The notes below the pieces were generated by a model. The model searched no databases and was not told where the DNA came from. It was given only the letters and a program-made list of their open reading frames with translations. Positions 1 to 9,157 of a stretch of DNA of 61,213 nt are shown here, piece after piece. Numbering within the stretch: the first letter of the stretch is position 1; every line of letters starts with the position of its first letter. The DNA is from Cytophagales bacterium (GTDB lineage Bacteria > Bacteroidota > Bacteroidia > Cytophagales > Cyclobacteriaceae), in NCBI GenBank assembly GCA_024232835.1, contig JAAEPI010000323.1, forward strand, positions 1-61,213, given 5' to 3'. Position numbers and translations under genes: made by a program.

Positions 1-205
1 AAATGCAGTTAAGTCTTTTGCATCACCCAAAATCTGTAAGTTTCTTAATATATCAATAACATCTCTTATTTCTTTTAATTTCAATCTGAAGCCATGCAGC
101 AGTTGTTGGAAGATATCAGAGATTCGTATTGAGATAACATAATCATGCTGAAGTCGTAAAATCAACTTCCGCAATCAAAGTTTTTTCTTCAATCGAGAAT
201 CCAAA

Positions 206-931
206 ATGAAATATCTGCTTGCAACTACGCTATTAACATCTTGCCAATTCATTTTGGCACAAGAAACCATCACAATAACGGCAGTAGACGGGCTCGAAAT
301 AACAGCTGATTTGTATCAGAAGCATTCTGATGCTGCACCTTTCATAATTTTATTTCATCAAGCAGGATGGAGCCGGGGTGAGTACTTGGAAATAGCCCCA
401 AAACTCAACGAATTAGGCTACAACTGCCTGGCAGTGGATCTACGCTCCGAAGGCAAGATAAATGGCATTTCAAATCAGACAGCATCAAGGGCGAAAAAAG
501 CTGGTAAGAAGACTAGTTATTGGGATGCTTTCCCTGATATCGAAGCGGTGGTGAAATATGTGAAACAATCATTCAAGAGTGAGCGGCTCATCATTTGGGG
601 GAGTTCATACTCTTCAGCTCTAGTATTGAAATATGCCGGAGATAATCCAAACGACGTGGATGCAGTACTTGCATTCGCGCCAGGCGAATACTTCAAGCCT
701 GAGGGTTTCATTCATAGTAGTGCTAAGAATATTACATGCCCATCGTTCATCACCTCTGCAAAAAGTGAGAAAAGCAACTGGTGGAAGATTCATGAAGTAA
801 TACAAACTAGTACCAAGGGTTTCTACGTACCCGCAACTTCTGGTAATCATGGTTCCCGTGCCTTGTGGGGAAAATTCTCAGACAATGAGGGCTACTGGAA
901 GGGCGTGAAAGAGTTTTTGGAAGGTATTTGA
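206..931 (+). CDS. secreted alpha/beta-fold hydrolase (dienelactone-hydrolase-like)
   Basis: 241-aa ORF. N-terminal signal-like segment MKYLLATTLLTSCQFILAQ. Nucleophile-elbow-like IIWGSSYSSA. Overall alpha/beta hydrolase pattern. Confidence 0.6.
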   Translation: MKYLLATTLLTSCQFILAQETITITAVDGLEITADLYQKHSDAAPFIILFHQAGWSRGEYLEIAPKLNELGYNCLAVDLRSEGKINGISNQTASRAKKAGKKTSYWDAFPDIEAVVKYVKQSFKSERLIIWGSSYSSALVLKYAGDNPNDVDAVLAFAPGEYFKPEGFIHSSAKNITCPSFITSAKSEKSNWWKIHEVIQTSTKGFYVPATSGNHGSRALWGKFSDNEGYWKGVKEFLEGI

Positions 932-1016
932 ATTCAAATTAATAGCCTGAACTTCTTCTCTATTTTCCCTATCCATATTATTTAGTAGTTTGCTCATTGC
1001 AAAATCTGACTAACCT

Positions 1017-2708
1017 ATGGCTTACAAAATCTCAAATATCACCACGAGAATATTAAAACATTACGAGAATAAAGGCAAAGAAAACACCCTCACTCCTCCA
1101 GGATACATTCCGCCATTTCAGCGACCCGTCGAATATCTCGCTTATCTTTTTGCTCTTGCCACTGTCCCCGCTTGGATACTTTTAGGTTGGGAGTATGGCG
1201 CGAGTGCGCTAAGTGGTGCATTAATTCTCTTAGGTATTCGGGATACCTTCATTCAAGATGATCACACCATTACGAGGATTTACGGACCAATTGGCCGATT
1301 GAGGTACGTTTTTGAAAACGTTTTTAGGGACAAGTATCTACAATACTTCAACGAAACAAACACCAATGGTAGACCCATGCCAAAGATCGTTCGTGATTAT
1401 ATATACCAAAAAGCAAAGGGAGTAAAATCATTGACCAGTTTCGGTACTGAATTAGATATTTATGATCCTGAGAATACCGCAAGCACGCGCCTTCTCCATA
1501 GTAATTTCGGAGTGACGTCCGAGCCGACCTATGGAGTGATGGTTGGTGAGCATCGGGAGAATATCAAACCATTTAAGATCAAAAACACTGTCAATATTTC
1601 TGCCATGAGCTATGGCGCTCTTAACTACAGGTCTGCAGAGTGCTTGAGTCTTGGGGCAAAAGATGTGGCATTTGTCAATACAGGGGAGGGTGGTTGTGGC
1701 CCGCATGCTGTGGCTGGAAATGATGTGGTTTGGCAACTTGGCACTGGGAAATTCGGAACGGGGAAAGAAGCCACCTTACCAAATGGCGAGCCAACACGGG
1801 TACTGGATTCTGGTTTGTTCAAAGAAACATTAAAGGAGTTTGAAAACATAGGTATGGTTCAATTGAAAATTTCGCAAGGGGCCAAGCCCGGAATTGGAGG
1901 ACATTTACCCGGTAGTAAAGTGACTGCAGAAATTGCTGATGTTCGGAAAGTAGCAATAGGGAAAACAGTAATTAGTCCCTCCCAACATGCAGAGCTTTAT
2001 GATACCACATCCAAAGGAGCCGTGATGAAACTCATGGACTTCTGTAAAGAATTACGAACCTTAGGTGGTCTTCCAGTGGGCATTAAAATGTGTATTGGGA
2101 AATTGTCAGAAATCGATTTACTGGTAGATGCGATGAAAGCCACCGGCGAAGGCCCTGATATGATCCAATTGGATGGAGCTGATGGTGGAACAGGCGCAGG
2201 CCCCAATCTATTCGTAAACTATGTTGGTTATGGAAATGCAGTAGAAACGGTGGCATACCTTCACCGATCTCTTGTAAAAGCAGGCATTAGAGACAAGGTG
2301 ACAATCAGTGCTTCTGGTCGCATATTTACACCTGCGCACGCAGCTCTTGCCTTCGGTGCAGGAGCTGATACGATTGAAACGGCACGGGCGGCTATGCTTT
2401 CTATCGGTTGTATTCAGGCGCTCAAGTGTCATACCAATGAATGCCCCACTGGCATCACTACCAACAACAAATGGCGCATGCATGGCATTAACATCCCAGA
2501 GAAATCTACTCGGATACACAAGTATCTGGAGGGCTTCCATCATGACATGCTGGAGCTGACCAAAGTTCTTGGCCATGCTGACCCACGGGATATAAAAATC
2601 GAGAATCTCCGGACTATTACACAAAAGCCCTGGTATTCGTCGCACTTCGATGAAGATCCGTTTGGATTCTACATGCCCGCCCCAAATGCTGACTCTTGGG
2701 TGAAGTGA
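1017..2708 (+). CDS. FMN-binding glutamate synthase family protein (GltB domain-2-like)
   Basis: 563-aa ORF. N-terminal TM segment followed by GltB FMN-domain motifs NTGEGG, ISQGAKPGIGGHLPG, QLDGADGGTGAGP and CHTNECPTGITT. Confidence 0.85.
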   Translation: MAYKISNITTRILKHYENKGKENTLTPPGYIPPFQRPVEYLAYLFALATVPAWILLGWEYGASALSGALILLGIRDTFIQDDHTITRIYGPIGRLRYVFENVFRDKYLQYFNETNTNGRPMPKIVRDYIYQKAKGVKSLTSFGTELDIYDPENTASTRLLHSNFGVTSEPTYGVMVGEHRENIKPFKIKNTVNISAMSYGALNYRSAECLSLGAKDVAFVNTGEGGCGPHAVAGNDVVWQLGTGKFGTGKEATLPNGEPTRVLDSGLFKETLKEFENIGMVQLKISQGAKPGIGGHLPGSKVTAEIADVRKVAIGKTVISPSQHAELYDTTSKGAVMKLMDFCKELRTLGGLPVGIKMCIGKLSEIDLLVDAMKATGEGPDMIQLDGADGGTGAGPNLFVNYVGYGNAVETVAYLHRSLVKAGIRDKVTISASGRIFTPAHAALAFGAGADTIETARAAMLSIGCIQALKCHTNECPTGITTNNKWRMHGINIPEKSTRIHKYLEGFHHDMLELTKVLGHADPRDIKIENLRTITQKPWYSSHFDEDPFGFYMPAPNADSWVK

Positions 2709-2743
2709 AAAGAAGTACTTAAAGTAACTATTGTTGGGAGTGA

Positions 2744-2759
2744 ACTAAAGTACTTTAGT
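2744..2759. promoter_or_regulatory. perfect 16-bp palindrome ACTAAAGTACTTTAGT, possible operator
   Basis: Read directly. It lies in the 87-bp gap between the GltB-like gene and the scramblase-like gene. The heptamer AAGTACT also occurs at 2713-2719 and 2767-2773. Confidence 0.35.
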
Positions 2760-2795
2760 CACACCAAGTACTCCAAACTCCAGATACTCAAAGAA

Positions 2796-3383
2796 ATGAA
2801 CCCAATAGCAAATAGAAATCTCTTTTTTATTAAGGAACATGTTGGTATGTTCAAGGCTGCCAACAACTACGATATTCTAGATCCTGAAAGTCAAGAAATG
2901 CTCATGGAATGCCGTGAGGAAAAACTTGGTTTCTTCACTAAGATGCTTCGGTTTACCGACTACAAACGAATGACACCCTTCGAAGTGGAAATCAAAACAC
3001 CTTCTGGTGAGAAAGTGGTAACAATAAAAAGAGGTGTTTCGATTTTTTTATCCAATGTGGAAGTCTTCGACGATAAGGATCAATTAATTGGTCGATTCAA
3101 ACAACAGTTCTTTTCTATAGGTGGAAAATTCAACGTACTCAGCCCAAACGATGAGATCATGTGTAAACTGAAAGGCAAGTGGACAAGCTGGGATTTCAAG
3201 TTCATGAAAGAAGACACTGAACTTGCGCATGTGAGTAAAAAATGGGCTGGACTTGGCAAAGAACTTTTCACATCCGCTGACAATTACATGCTCAGTATTG
3301 ACAAGAGCGTGCCGAACGATCACCCGATCCGTTTACTGATCTTAGCTGCCGTGATGTGTATTGATATGGTGTTGAAGGAGTGA
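2796..3383 (+). CDS. scramblase / LURP-one-related family protein
   Basis: 195-aa ORF with a beta-rich body and a C-terminal hydrophobic helix (LLILAAVMCIDMVL), as in tubby-like scramblase-fold proteins. The family call is from recollection only. Confidence 0.5.
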   Translation: MNPIANRNLFFIKEHVGMFKAANNYDILDPESQEMLMECREEKLGFFTKMLRFTDYKRMTPFEVEIKTPSGEKVVTIKRGVSIFLSNVEVFDDKDQLIGRFKQQFFSIGGKFNVLSPNDEIMCKLKGKWTSWDFKFMKEDTELAHVSKKWAGLGKELFTSADNYMLSIDKSVPNDHPIRLLILAAVMCIDMVLKE

Positions 3384-3468
3384 TTTTTCAGTTGACTGGG
3401 GCAAAATATCCAGAACAATTTGAAATTCATTCTGAAGTTTTAAAAACAAAATTTCAACCTAAACTCCA

Positions 3469-4359
3469 TCAACCCATCAACTCCATCAATCGTTTGTCTT
3501 TCACTTCATTCTGCCCTTTAGTGAATGAAAATATTTCTAAACCAATCAATGGCAAATTGAGTAAATACAAATAATCATGCGCATTCAATACTGCCAAGAT
3601 TATATTAAAAGACAGCAAAGTAATCATCACGTGACTTGATTTTATGTTCAGAAAAAGAAATGTCATGTAGGCCAAGATTTTATTCTTACCAAGCAATACT
3701 CTAAAACCCTTCCCGGCTTGCCCTCCTCCCGTTTTAGCCCTCTTCATCCATTCGTTCAATGAGCGAGTGTAATGATGATATATTCTGAGATTATCTGGGA
3801 TCTCCATATTCCCTTTCGCTCTGAACGAATGAGGTCCATTCACTCTCTTGATAGCCTCAGGTTTTCCCATGTCTTTATAATGTGAACTCTTTCTTTCCCG
3901 ACGCTTGTATGAGTCAATGCTACTGCTTAATGGTAATTTCCAGTGTCCATTATTTCCAAAATTGAAACGAGGAATTCTCAGCTTGCCTAGTTTCTCCTTT
4001 TCATATTTTTTTAAACTTACTCTAATATCATTATTGTCCATCGGTACCAGATATTCATCAAGATCAATCAATTGTAGCCAGTCTGTTTGCTGTCCATATA
4101 CATTCACGCATTCCATGTAAGCCATAGTTTGTCTGGAATGATCGGTTTCCCCAATATGCTTTTCGGCTATATCGTCCGTCCATAAAGTATAAGTGATATG
4201 ATCCATATATGGCTCCAACAAATCTCGATGATCACCGCCATTGTCATATAGATAGAAATGATCTACACCCACCTTTATGTGATATTCCAACCATTCCACC
4301 AGGTATTTGTGCTCGTTTCGGAAGATGGCAACAATGCTCAAGTTGTGTCTTCTAGTCAT
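3469..4359 (-). CDS. glycosyltransferase, GT92 (DUF23)-like
   Basis: 296-aa ORF. N-terminal SIVAIFRNEHKYLVEWLEYHIKVGVDHFYLYDNGGDH and later DLDEY resemble the GT92/GT-A signature. The hydrophobic C-terminal tail may be ORF over-extension. Confidence 0.55.
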   Translation of the reverse strand: MTRRHNLSIVAIFRNEHKYLVEWLEYHIKVGVDHFYLYDNGGDHRDLLEPYMDHITYTLWTDDIAEKHIGETDHSRQTMAYMECVNVYGQQTDWLQLIDLDEYLVPMDNNDIRVSLKKYEKEKLGKLRIPRFNFGNNGHWKLPLSSSIDSYKRRERKSSHYKDMGKPEAIKRVNGPHSFRAKGNMEIPDNLRIYHHYTRSLNEWMKRAKTGGGQAGKGFRVLLGKNKILAYMTFLFLNIKSSHVMITLLSFNIILAVLNAHDYLYLLNLPLIGLEIFSFTKGQNEVKDKRLMELMG

Positions 4360-4484
4360 TGCAATTATTCATCTGCAGGATGTTCGTGTTTATAATCCAT
4401 AAAAGTTGGCAGTAACCAATCCACAATAGGCAAAGTTAAATTTGAAACAAAATTCAGAAATCCTTCCTTCTTTCCTTAAATCCA

Positions 4485-4613
4485 CCAGTGGGTTTTACCT
4501 GCCTGCGGTAGGCAGGTTCCCCGATGCTTGCATCGATTGAAGAAATATTTTTCCACATTCATACCTCGTGAGCCTGCCTTTGTTGACAGACAGGCTTGCT
4601 CCGAGGTACTTGA
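4485..4613 (+). repeat. dispersed hairpin-rich repeat, copy 1
   Basis: About 85% identical by eye to the reverse complement of 53808..53913. Shared core: GATGCTTGCATCGATTGAAGAAATATTTTTCCACATTCATACCTCGTGAGCCTGCC...CAGACAGGCTTGCTCCGAGGTACTTGA. This copy has an extra hairpin, ACCTGCCTGCGGTAGGCAGGT. Confidence 0.7.
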
Positions 4614-4669
4614 TGTCAATTCGCTTCTACTCTCTTTGCTGTGCATCTCCAAATCAGCACGTTTCCAAA

Positions 4670-6700
4670 TCAAGACAATCCCGCTCTCTCCAGCAAAGCA
4701 TCTACAGTTGGCTCCTGTCCTCTGAATCGTTTGTATAATTCCATTGGTGGTTCTGTGCCTCCTCTAGATAGGATGTTCTCTTTAAAAGAATTGGCTGTCT
4801 CTTTATCGAATACCCCTCGTTCCTTGAACAAAGCAAATGCATCTGCATCCAGTACCTCTGCCCATTTGTAGCTGTAATATCCTGCTGCATATCCTCCGGC
4901 AAATATGTGACTAAACTGCACGCTCATATTGGTGCCCTCAATTTTAGGGAAAAGATCGATTGGTGCCAATGCCTCACGTTCTAAATCCACCACATCAATA
5001 TCAGCATTCTCTCTGTCATGAAAAGCCATATCTAAAAATCCAAAACTCAACTGGCGCATCGTTGCATACGCCTCGTGATAGGTTGATGCCTTTCTAATCC
5101 GATCAATATATTCCTCTGGTATGCTCTCACCTGTTTCATAATGCTTCGCGAAAAGATCCAGACATTCCTTTTCGTAGCACCAGTTCTCAAATATCTGAGA
5201 AGGCAGTTCTACAAAATCCCAGTAAACACTCGTACCTGAGAGACTTCCGTATCTGGTATTGGCTAACATTCCATGAAGCGCATGACCGAACTCATGAAAA
5301 AGGGTTAGCACCTCATCAAATTTCAAAAGCGATGGCTGATCAGCCGAAGACGGTGTGAAATTGCAAACGATACTTACTTGAGGAATTACGCGCTTGCCAT
5401 CTGGGTTCTCTTGATCTCGAAATGAAGTCATCCAGGCTCCACCTCTCTTGCCTTTTCTAGGAAAGAAATCTGCCCAAAAAATGGCCATTTTCTCTCCTGC
5501 CTCATCAGTCACTTCGTAGGCTTTCACCTCTTCATGATATACAGGAATATTTGAGTTCTCTTTGAAAGAAATTCCATACAATTTCTCGGCGGTTTGAAAA
5601 ACTCCGTCTATTACTTTTTCTAATTGAAAATAGGGCTTAGTCAGTTCATCATCGAGATCATATTTTTTCTTTCTCAGCTTCTCAGAATAATAGCCCCAGT
5701 CCCATCTTTGCAGCTCATGCTCTACGCCTAGTTCTTTCATGTACGCTTTGATTTCCTCCACCTCATCTTCAGCTTTGTGTTTGGCTTTTTCTAGTAAGTC
5801 CTGAAGGAAATCTTTGACATTTGCAGGCCGCATCGCCATGCGCTCCTCCAACACAAAATCTGCATATGTGTTGTACCCAAGTAGACCAGCGAGCTCCTTT
5901 CTAAGCGTGACCAGTTTCTTCACAATCTCTTTATTATCTCTATCTCCATCTTTCAGTGCTTTAGACATATACGCTCGGAACATCTTCTCCCTAAGTGCAC
6001 GATTGTCGGCGTACTCCATAAATGGAATATAGCTTGGTGCCTGAAGCGTGAATATCCATTGCCCTAGCTTCCCCTTTTCAGCAGCTAGCATGGCAGCTCG
6101 TTGTGTTAGGTCACCTGGCAAACCTTTCAAATCATTCTCATCCTCAATGACCAATTCGTACTCATTGGTTTCTGCTAATACATTCTCACCGAACTTGAGC
6201 CCAAGTGTCGACAGCTCCATGGCCACCTCCTTGAATCGCTTCTTGTCCCCATCATTCAATCCTGCCCCACTTCTGATAAAACCTTTGTAGGTCTTCTCAA
6301 GTAGCATAGATTGCTCGGCATTCAGACCCAAAGAATCCATCACATCATATACAGCCTTGATTCTTGCAAACAATCTTGCATTCTGCTGGATCTCGTTGTT
6401 AAAGGCCGTGAGAATCGGGGATGCCTCCTGAGTAATCTTCTGCATTTCCTCACTGGTCTCTGCCGAATTCAGATTGAAAAGTATGGAGGTGGCTCTCCCC
6501 ATCACTTCACCGGATTTTTCTAATGCCTCAATTGTGTTTTCAAAAGTTGCTGGTTCAGTTGCATTAGCAATTCCCAGAATCTCTGCTCTGGCCATATCTA
6601 TAGACTGTTGTATCGCTGGTAAATAATGCTCGTTCTGAATTTCCCCAAAAGGGGGCACCTCAAACGGTGTACTAAACGGCATCAAAAGAGGGTTACTCAT
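4670..6700 (-). CDS. dcp: M3 family peptidyl-dipeptidase
   Basis: 676-aa ORF with zinc motif FHEFGHALHG. Length and N-terminus are typical of Dcp/oligopeptidase A. Confidence 0.9.
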   Translation of the reverse strand: MSNPLLMPFSTPFEVPPFGEIQNEHYLPAIQQSIDMARAEILGIANATEPATFENTIEALEKSGEVMGRATSILFNLNSAETSEEMQKITQEASPILTAFNNEIQQNARLFARIKAVYDVMDSLGLNAEQSMLLEKTYKGFIRSGAGLNDGDKKRFKEVAMELSTLGLKFGENVLAETNEYELVIEDENDLKGLPGDLTQRAAMLAAEKGKLGQWIFTLQAPSYIPFMEYADNRALREKMFRAYMSKALKDGDRDNKEIVKKLVTLRKELAGLLGYNTYADFVLEERMAMRPANVKDFLQDLLEKAKHKAEDEVEEIKAYMKELGVEHELQRWDWGYYSEKLRKKKYDLDDELTKPYFQLEKVIDGVFQTAEKLYGISFKENSNIPVYHEEVKAYEVTDEAGEKMAIFWADFFPRKGKRGGAWMTSFRDQENPDGKRVIPQVSIVCNFTPSSADQPSLLKFDEVLTLFHEFGHALHGMLANTRYGSLSGTSVYWDFVELPSQIFENWCYEKECLDLFAKHYETGESIPEEYIDRIRKASTYHEAYATMRQLSFGFLDMAFHDRENADIDVVDLEREALAPIDLFPKIEGTNMSVQFSHIFAGGYAAGYYSYKWAEVLDADAFALFKERGVFDKETANSFKENILSRGGTEPPMELYKRFRGQEPTVDALLERAGLS

Positions 6701-7034
6701 ATTCTCAGATTAAGGGGAATCTCTGTTAATTAATTCGCATCAAAATTTTAATAGTTTTTTTCATCCAAGGAAAAATTTTGAAGTGCTATCGGGATAGTAT
6801 GATAAATTTTGAAGCAGTATGGAGAAAACTATTAAAACCCAAAGGGAACAAAGATATTGAACAATTTGCTACGTTAAATTATTTATAAAATAGCATCGGA
6901 TATTACAAAATATTATGCCCTGCATCTTGCCCATTCTATTCGTTTTTGAAAGCAATAAATTAAAAGTGATTTCCAAAGCCGCCAAAGGTATCTTTTGTAG
7001 CCTTAACTTTGTGAGTGATTAGATAAATTCTGAC

Positions 7035-8636
7035 ATGATGAAAAAGCTTTATTTCTTTCTACTTATTATAGTTGTTTCTTCGGCTACTGCCCAAGAATTG
7101 GATTCCGTTGATTTAAGTTCTCCTTACAAATCCATTTGGACGCATTTGTACTATTTGCAACCAGATACCTACAACGATTCGTTGGCAGCCCAATCATTCC
7201 AACCAGAAAGAAGAGGATTAGATAGAGCTAAAGATCTTGCCATAAAGTTGAAGCAGGTTTTAGATGGAAATGGCCTGTTTATTTACATGGATGAAGTTCC
7301 TAAAAAAGTGAACTATTATGATTCCATTATCAACAAGCATAAGTATGTTATAACAGAGGAATACCCGGATATCTATCTTCGGAGAAGCGAAAATTCCAAT
7401 GATTGGGTCTATGCAGACGCATCTATGCCGGCAATTGACATTGCTCATGAAAACACCTTTCGCTTTGGTACTGGAGCATTGCTTCAATATTTACCCAAGC
7501 TAGGATCAACGAAAATTCTCGGGTTGTATCTGTTTCAATACATTGCCATTCTGATTTTGGCACTGCTCAGTGCTATTATTTATCGGGCTTTTACATTCCT
7601 TTCAGAAAGGGTCCTTCGTAAAATTCTTATTGCGTCTGGTTTTAGTGAGACATCACACAAGTTTCTGGTCCCGGTCGCACGGCCAATGAGCTTTTTCATA
7701 ATTATCATCCTGTTGGTTCTTTTCGTTCCGGTGTTGCAATTGCCACCAGACTATTCCCAGTATGTGATATTAACACTTCGAATTCTACTACCATTTATAG
7801 GAACGATCATCGCGTTCAGATTTGTAAATATCTTCACACATTACCTGGCTAAACTTGCAGGAAGAACTGAAAGTACGCTGGACGATCAGTTAGTGCCATT
7901 AATTCGAAAGACGCTCAAAACATTCGTAGTAGTCATTGGTACGTTGTTCATTTTACAAAATCTCAACGTTCCAATTCTACCTCTTCTGACTGGTCTTTCT
8001 ATTGGAGGTTTGGCCTTTGCTTTGGCCGCTCAGGATACAATCAAGAACTTTTTTGGTTCATTAATGATATTCATCGATAAGCCGTTTCAGATAGGTGATT
8101 GGGTAACGACCGATGGAGCTGACGGAACTGTGGAAGAAGTAGGTTTTCGCTCATCAAGGATTCGCACATTTGCCAATTCGCTTGTTTACATTCCTAATGG
8201 AAAGCTTGCTGACAGCACAATTGATAATCACGGGCTCAGGAAATATCGTCGATTTTTCACCAAAATATCTTTGACTTACGATACGCCTCCATCGTTGATT
8301 CAAACGTACATCGAAGGCTTACGAAGAATCGTCGATAATCATCCGTATACGCTTAAGGATAACTATCACGTGTACTTCAATGACATGGCAGCCTCGTCTC
8401 TGGATGTGATGTTTTATATCTTCTTCGAGGTACCCACTTGGGGAAAGGAACTGGAAGCTCGGCACGAAGTGCTGATGGAAATCATGAAGCTTGCAGAAAA
8501 ACTAGGCGTCAATTTCGCCTTCCCTACACAAACGCTGCACATGGAGAATTTTCCCGAAAAGAAATCGCTATCACCTGACTACATGAGCGAGGCGGATATG
8601 AAGATGGAAATGGATGAGTATTTTTCATCCAAATGA
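7035..8636 (+). CDS. mechanosensitive ion channel (MscS family) protein
   Basis: 533-aa ORF with a signal peptide and multiple TM helices. MscS core: GSLMIFIDKPFQIGDWV...GTVEEVGFRSSRIRTF. Confidence 0.85.
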   Translation: MMKKLYFFLLIIVVSSATAQELDSVDLSSPYKSIWTHLYYLQPDTYNDSLAAQSFQPERRGLDRAKDLAIKLKQVLDGNGLFIYMDEVPKKVNYYDSIINKHKYVITEEYPDIYLRRSENSNDWVYADASMPAIDIAHENTFRFGTGALLQYLPKLGSTKILGLYLFQYIAILILALLSAIIYRAFTFLSERVLRKILIASGFSETSHKFLVPVARPMSFFIIIILLVLFVPVLQLPPDYSQYVILTLRILLPFIGTIIAFRFVNIFTHYLAKLAGRTESTLDDQLVPLIRKTLKTFVVVIGTLFILQNLNVPILPLLTGLSIGGLAFALAAQDTIKNFFGSLMIFIDKPFQIGDWVTTDGADGTVEEVGFRSSRIRTFANSLVYIPNGKLADSTIDNHGLRKYRRFFTKISLTYDTPPSLIQTYIEGLRRIVDNHPYTLKDNYHVYFNDMAASSLDVMFYIFFEVPTWGKELEARHEVLMEIMKLAEKLGVNFAFPTQTLHMENFPEKKSLSPDYMSEADMKMEMDEYFSSK

Positions 8637-8768
8637 GGCTTTAAAAGAAAGAATGAATTATGTGACAATGTTGGAAAAGTTAGATTCAATGGCTTAGTCC
8701 ATTATTTTTTAATTCGATCCAACACTGCTTGTCTAACATCCAAACTCATACTTTTTGTGTGCTTTCCC

Positions 8769-9131
8769 CTAGCTAATACACATTACGTGAGCTTCGTGCA
8801 TGCTGTAGATCTTTTTGGTTGTGCTTTTCTTTTGGGCAAGAACTTGCTTGAACAAGGATAAGTTCAAATTCGTTTGGGTCATAGTCACGGGGGCATTTTT
8901 CGTTCCAGTTCTCAGACAAGTCGCCCAGCCATTATTTTGAGTTTTCGATTGACTTTTCTGTTCAGTTTGTAGTGAAGCAATGGTCGGGGTTATCGATCCA
9001 TATGCTAACAGGGATCTGCTGAAATGTTTCAACAACCACCCAACTAGTTGAAGCCGTAACAGACCATCTATCACAACCTGAGCCAAATTCTCATCCAAAT
9101 CCATTATTTTGGCCGTCCAATTGAGAATCAC
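8769..9131 (-). CDS. hypothetical protein (doubtful)
   Basis: The only long open frame in a 520-bp gap. GTG start, odd Q/T/S-rich composition, no recognisable motif. A second frame looks protein-like but has three stops. Confidence 0.25.
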   Translation of the reverse strand: MILNWTAKIMDLDENLAQVVIDGLLRLQLVGWLLKHFSRSLLAYGSITPTIASLQTEQKSQSKTQNNGWATCLRTGTKNAPVTMTQTNLNLSLFKQVLAQKKSTTKKIYSMHEAHVMCIS

Positions 9132-9157
9132 GAGACCTTATTATTAATCTATCAAAC

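Noticed and set aside
1-174. Open minus-strand frame running off the left edge (…LILRLQHDYVISIRISDIFQQLLHGFRLKLKEIRDVIDILRNLQILGDAKDLTAF)
   Set aside because: Only TTG starts are available, it is shorter than 60 codons within the window, and no motif is recognisable. It may be the 5' end of a real gene, but this cannot be supported from here.
4565-4600. GAGCCTGCC...CAGGCTTGCTC hairpin as a group II intron domain V
   Set aside because: The AGC triad context, the 2-nt bulge geometry and the 34-nt length do not fit when folded by hand. No reverse transcriptase/maturase ORF or other intron domains are nearby.
4528-4725. Short ORFs across the dispersed repeat (4528..4725 +, 4476..4673 -, 53633..53881 -, 53847..54197 -)
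   Set aside because: Their similarity (KKYFS.FIPRE...) follows from the nucleotide repeat. The composition is not protein-like, and one overlaps the dcp 3' end.
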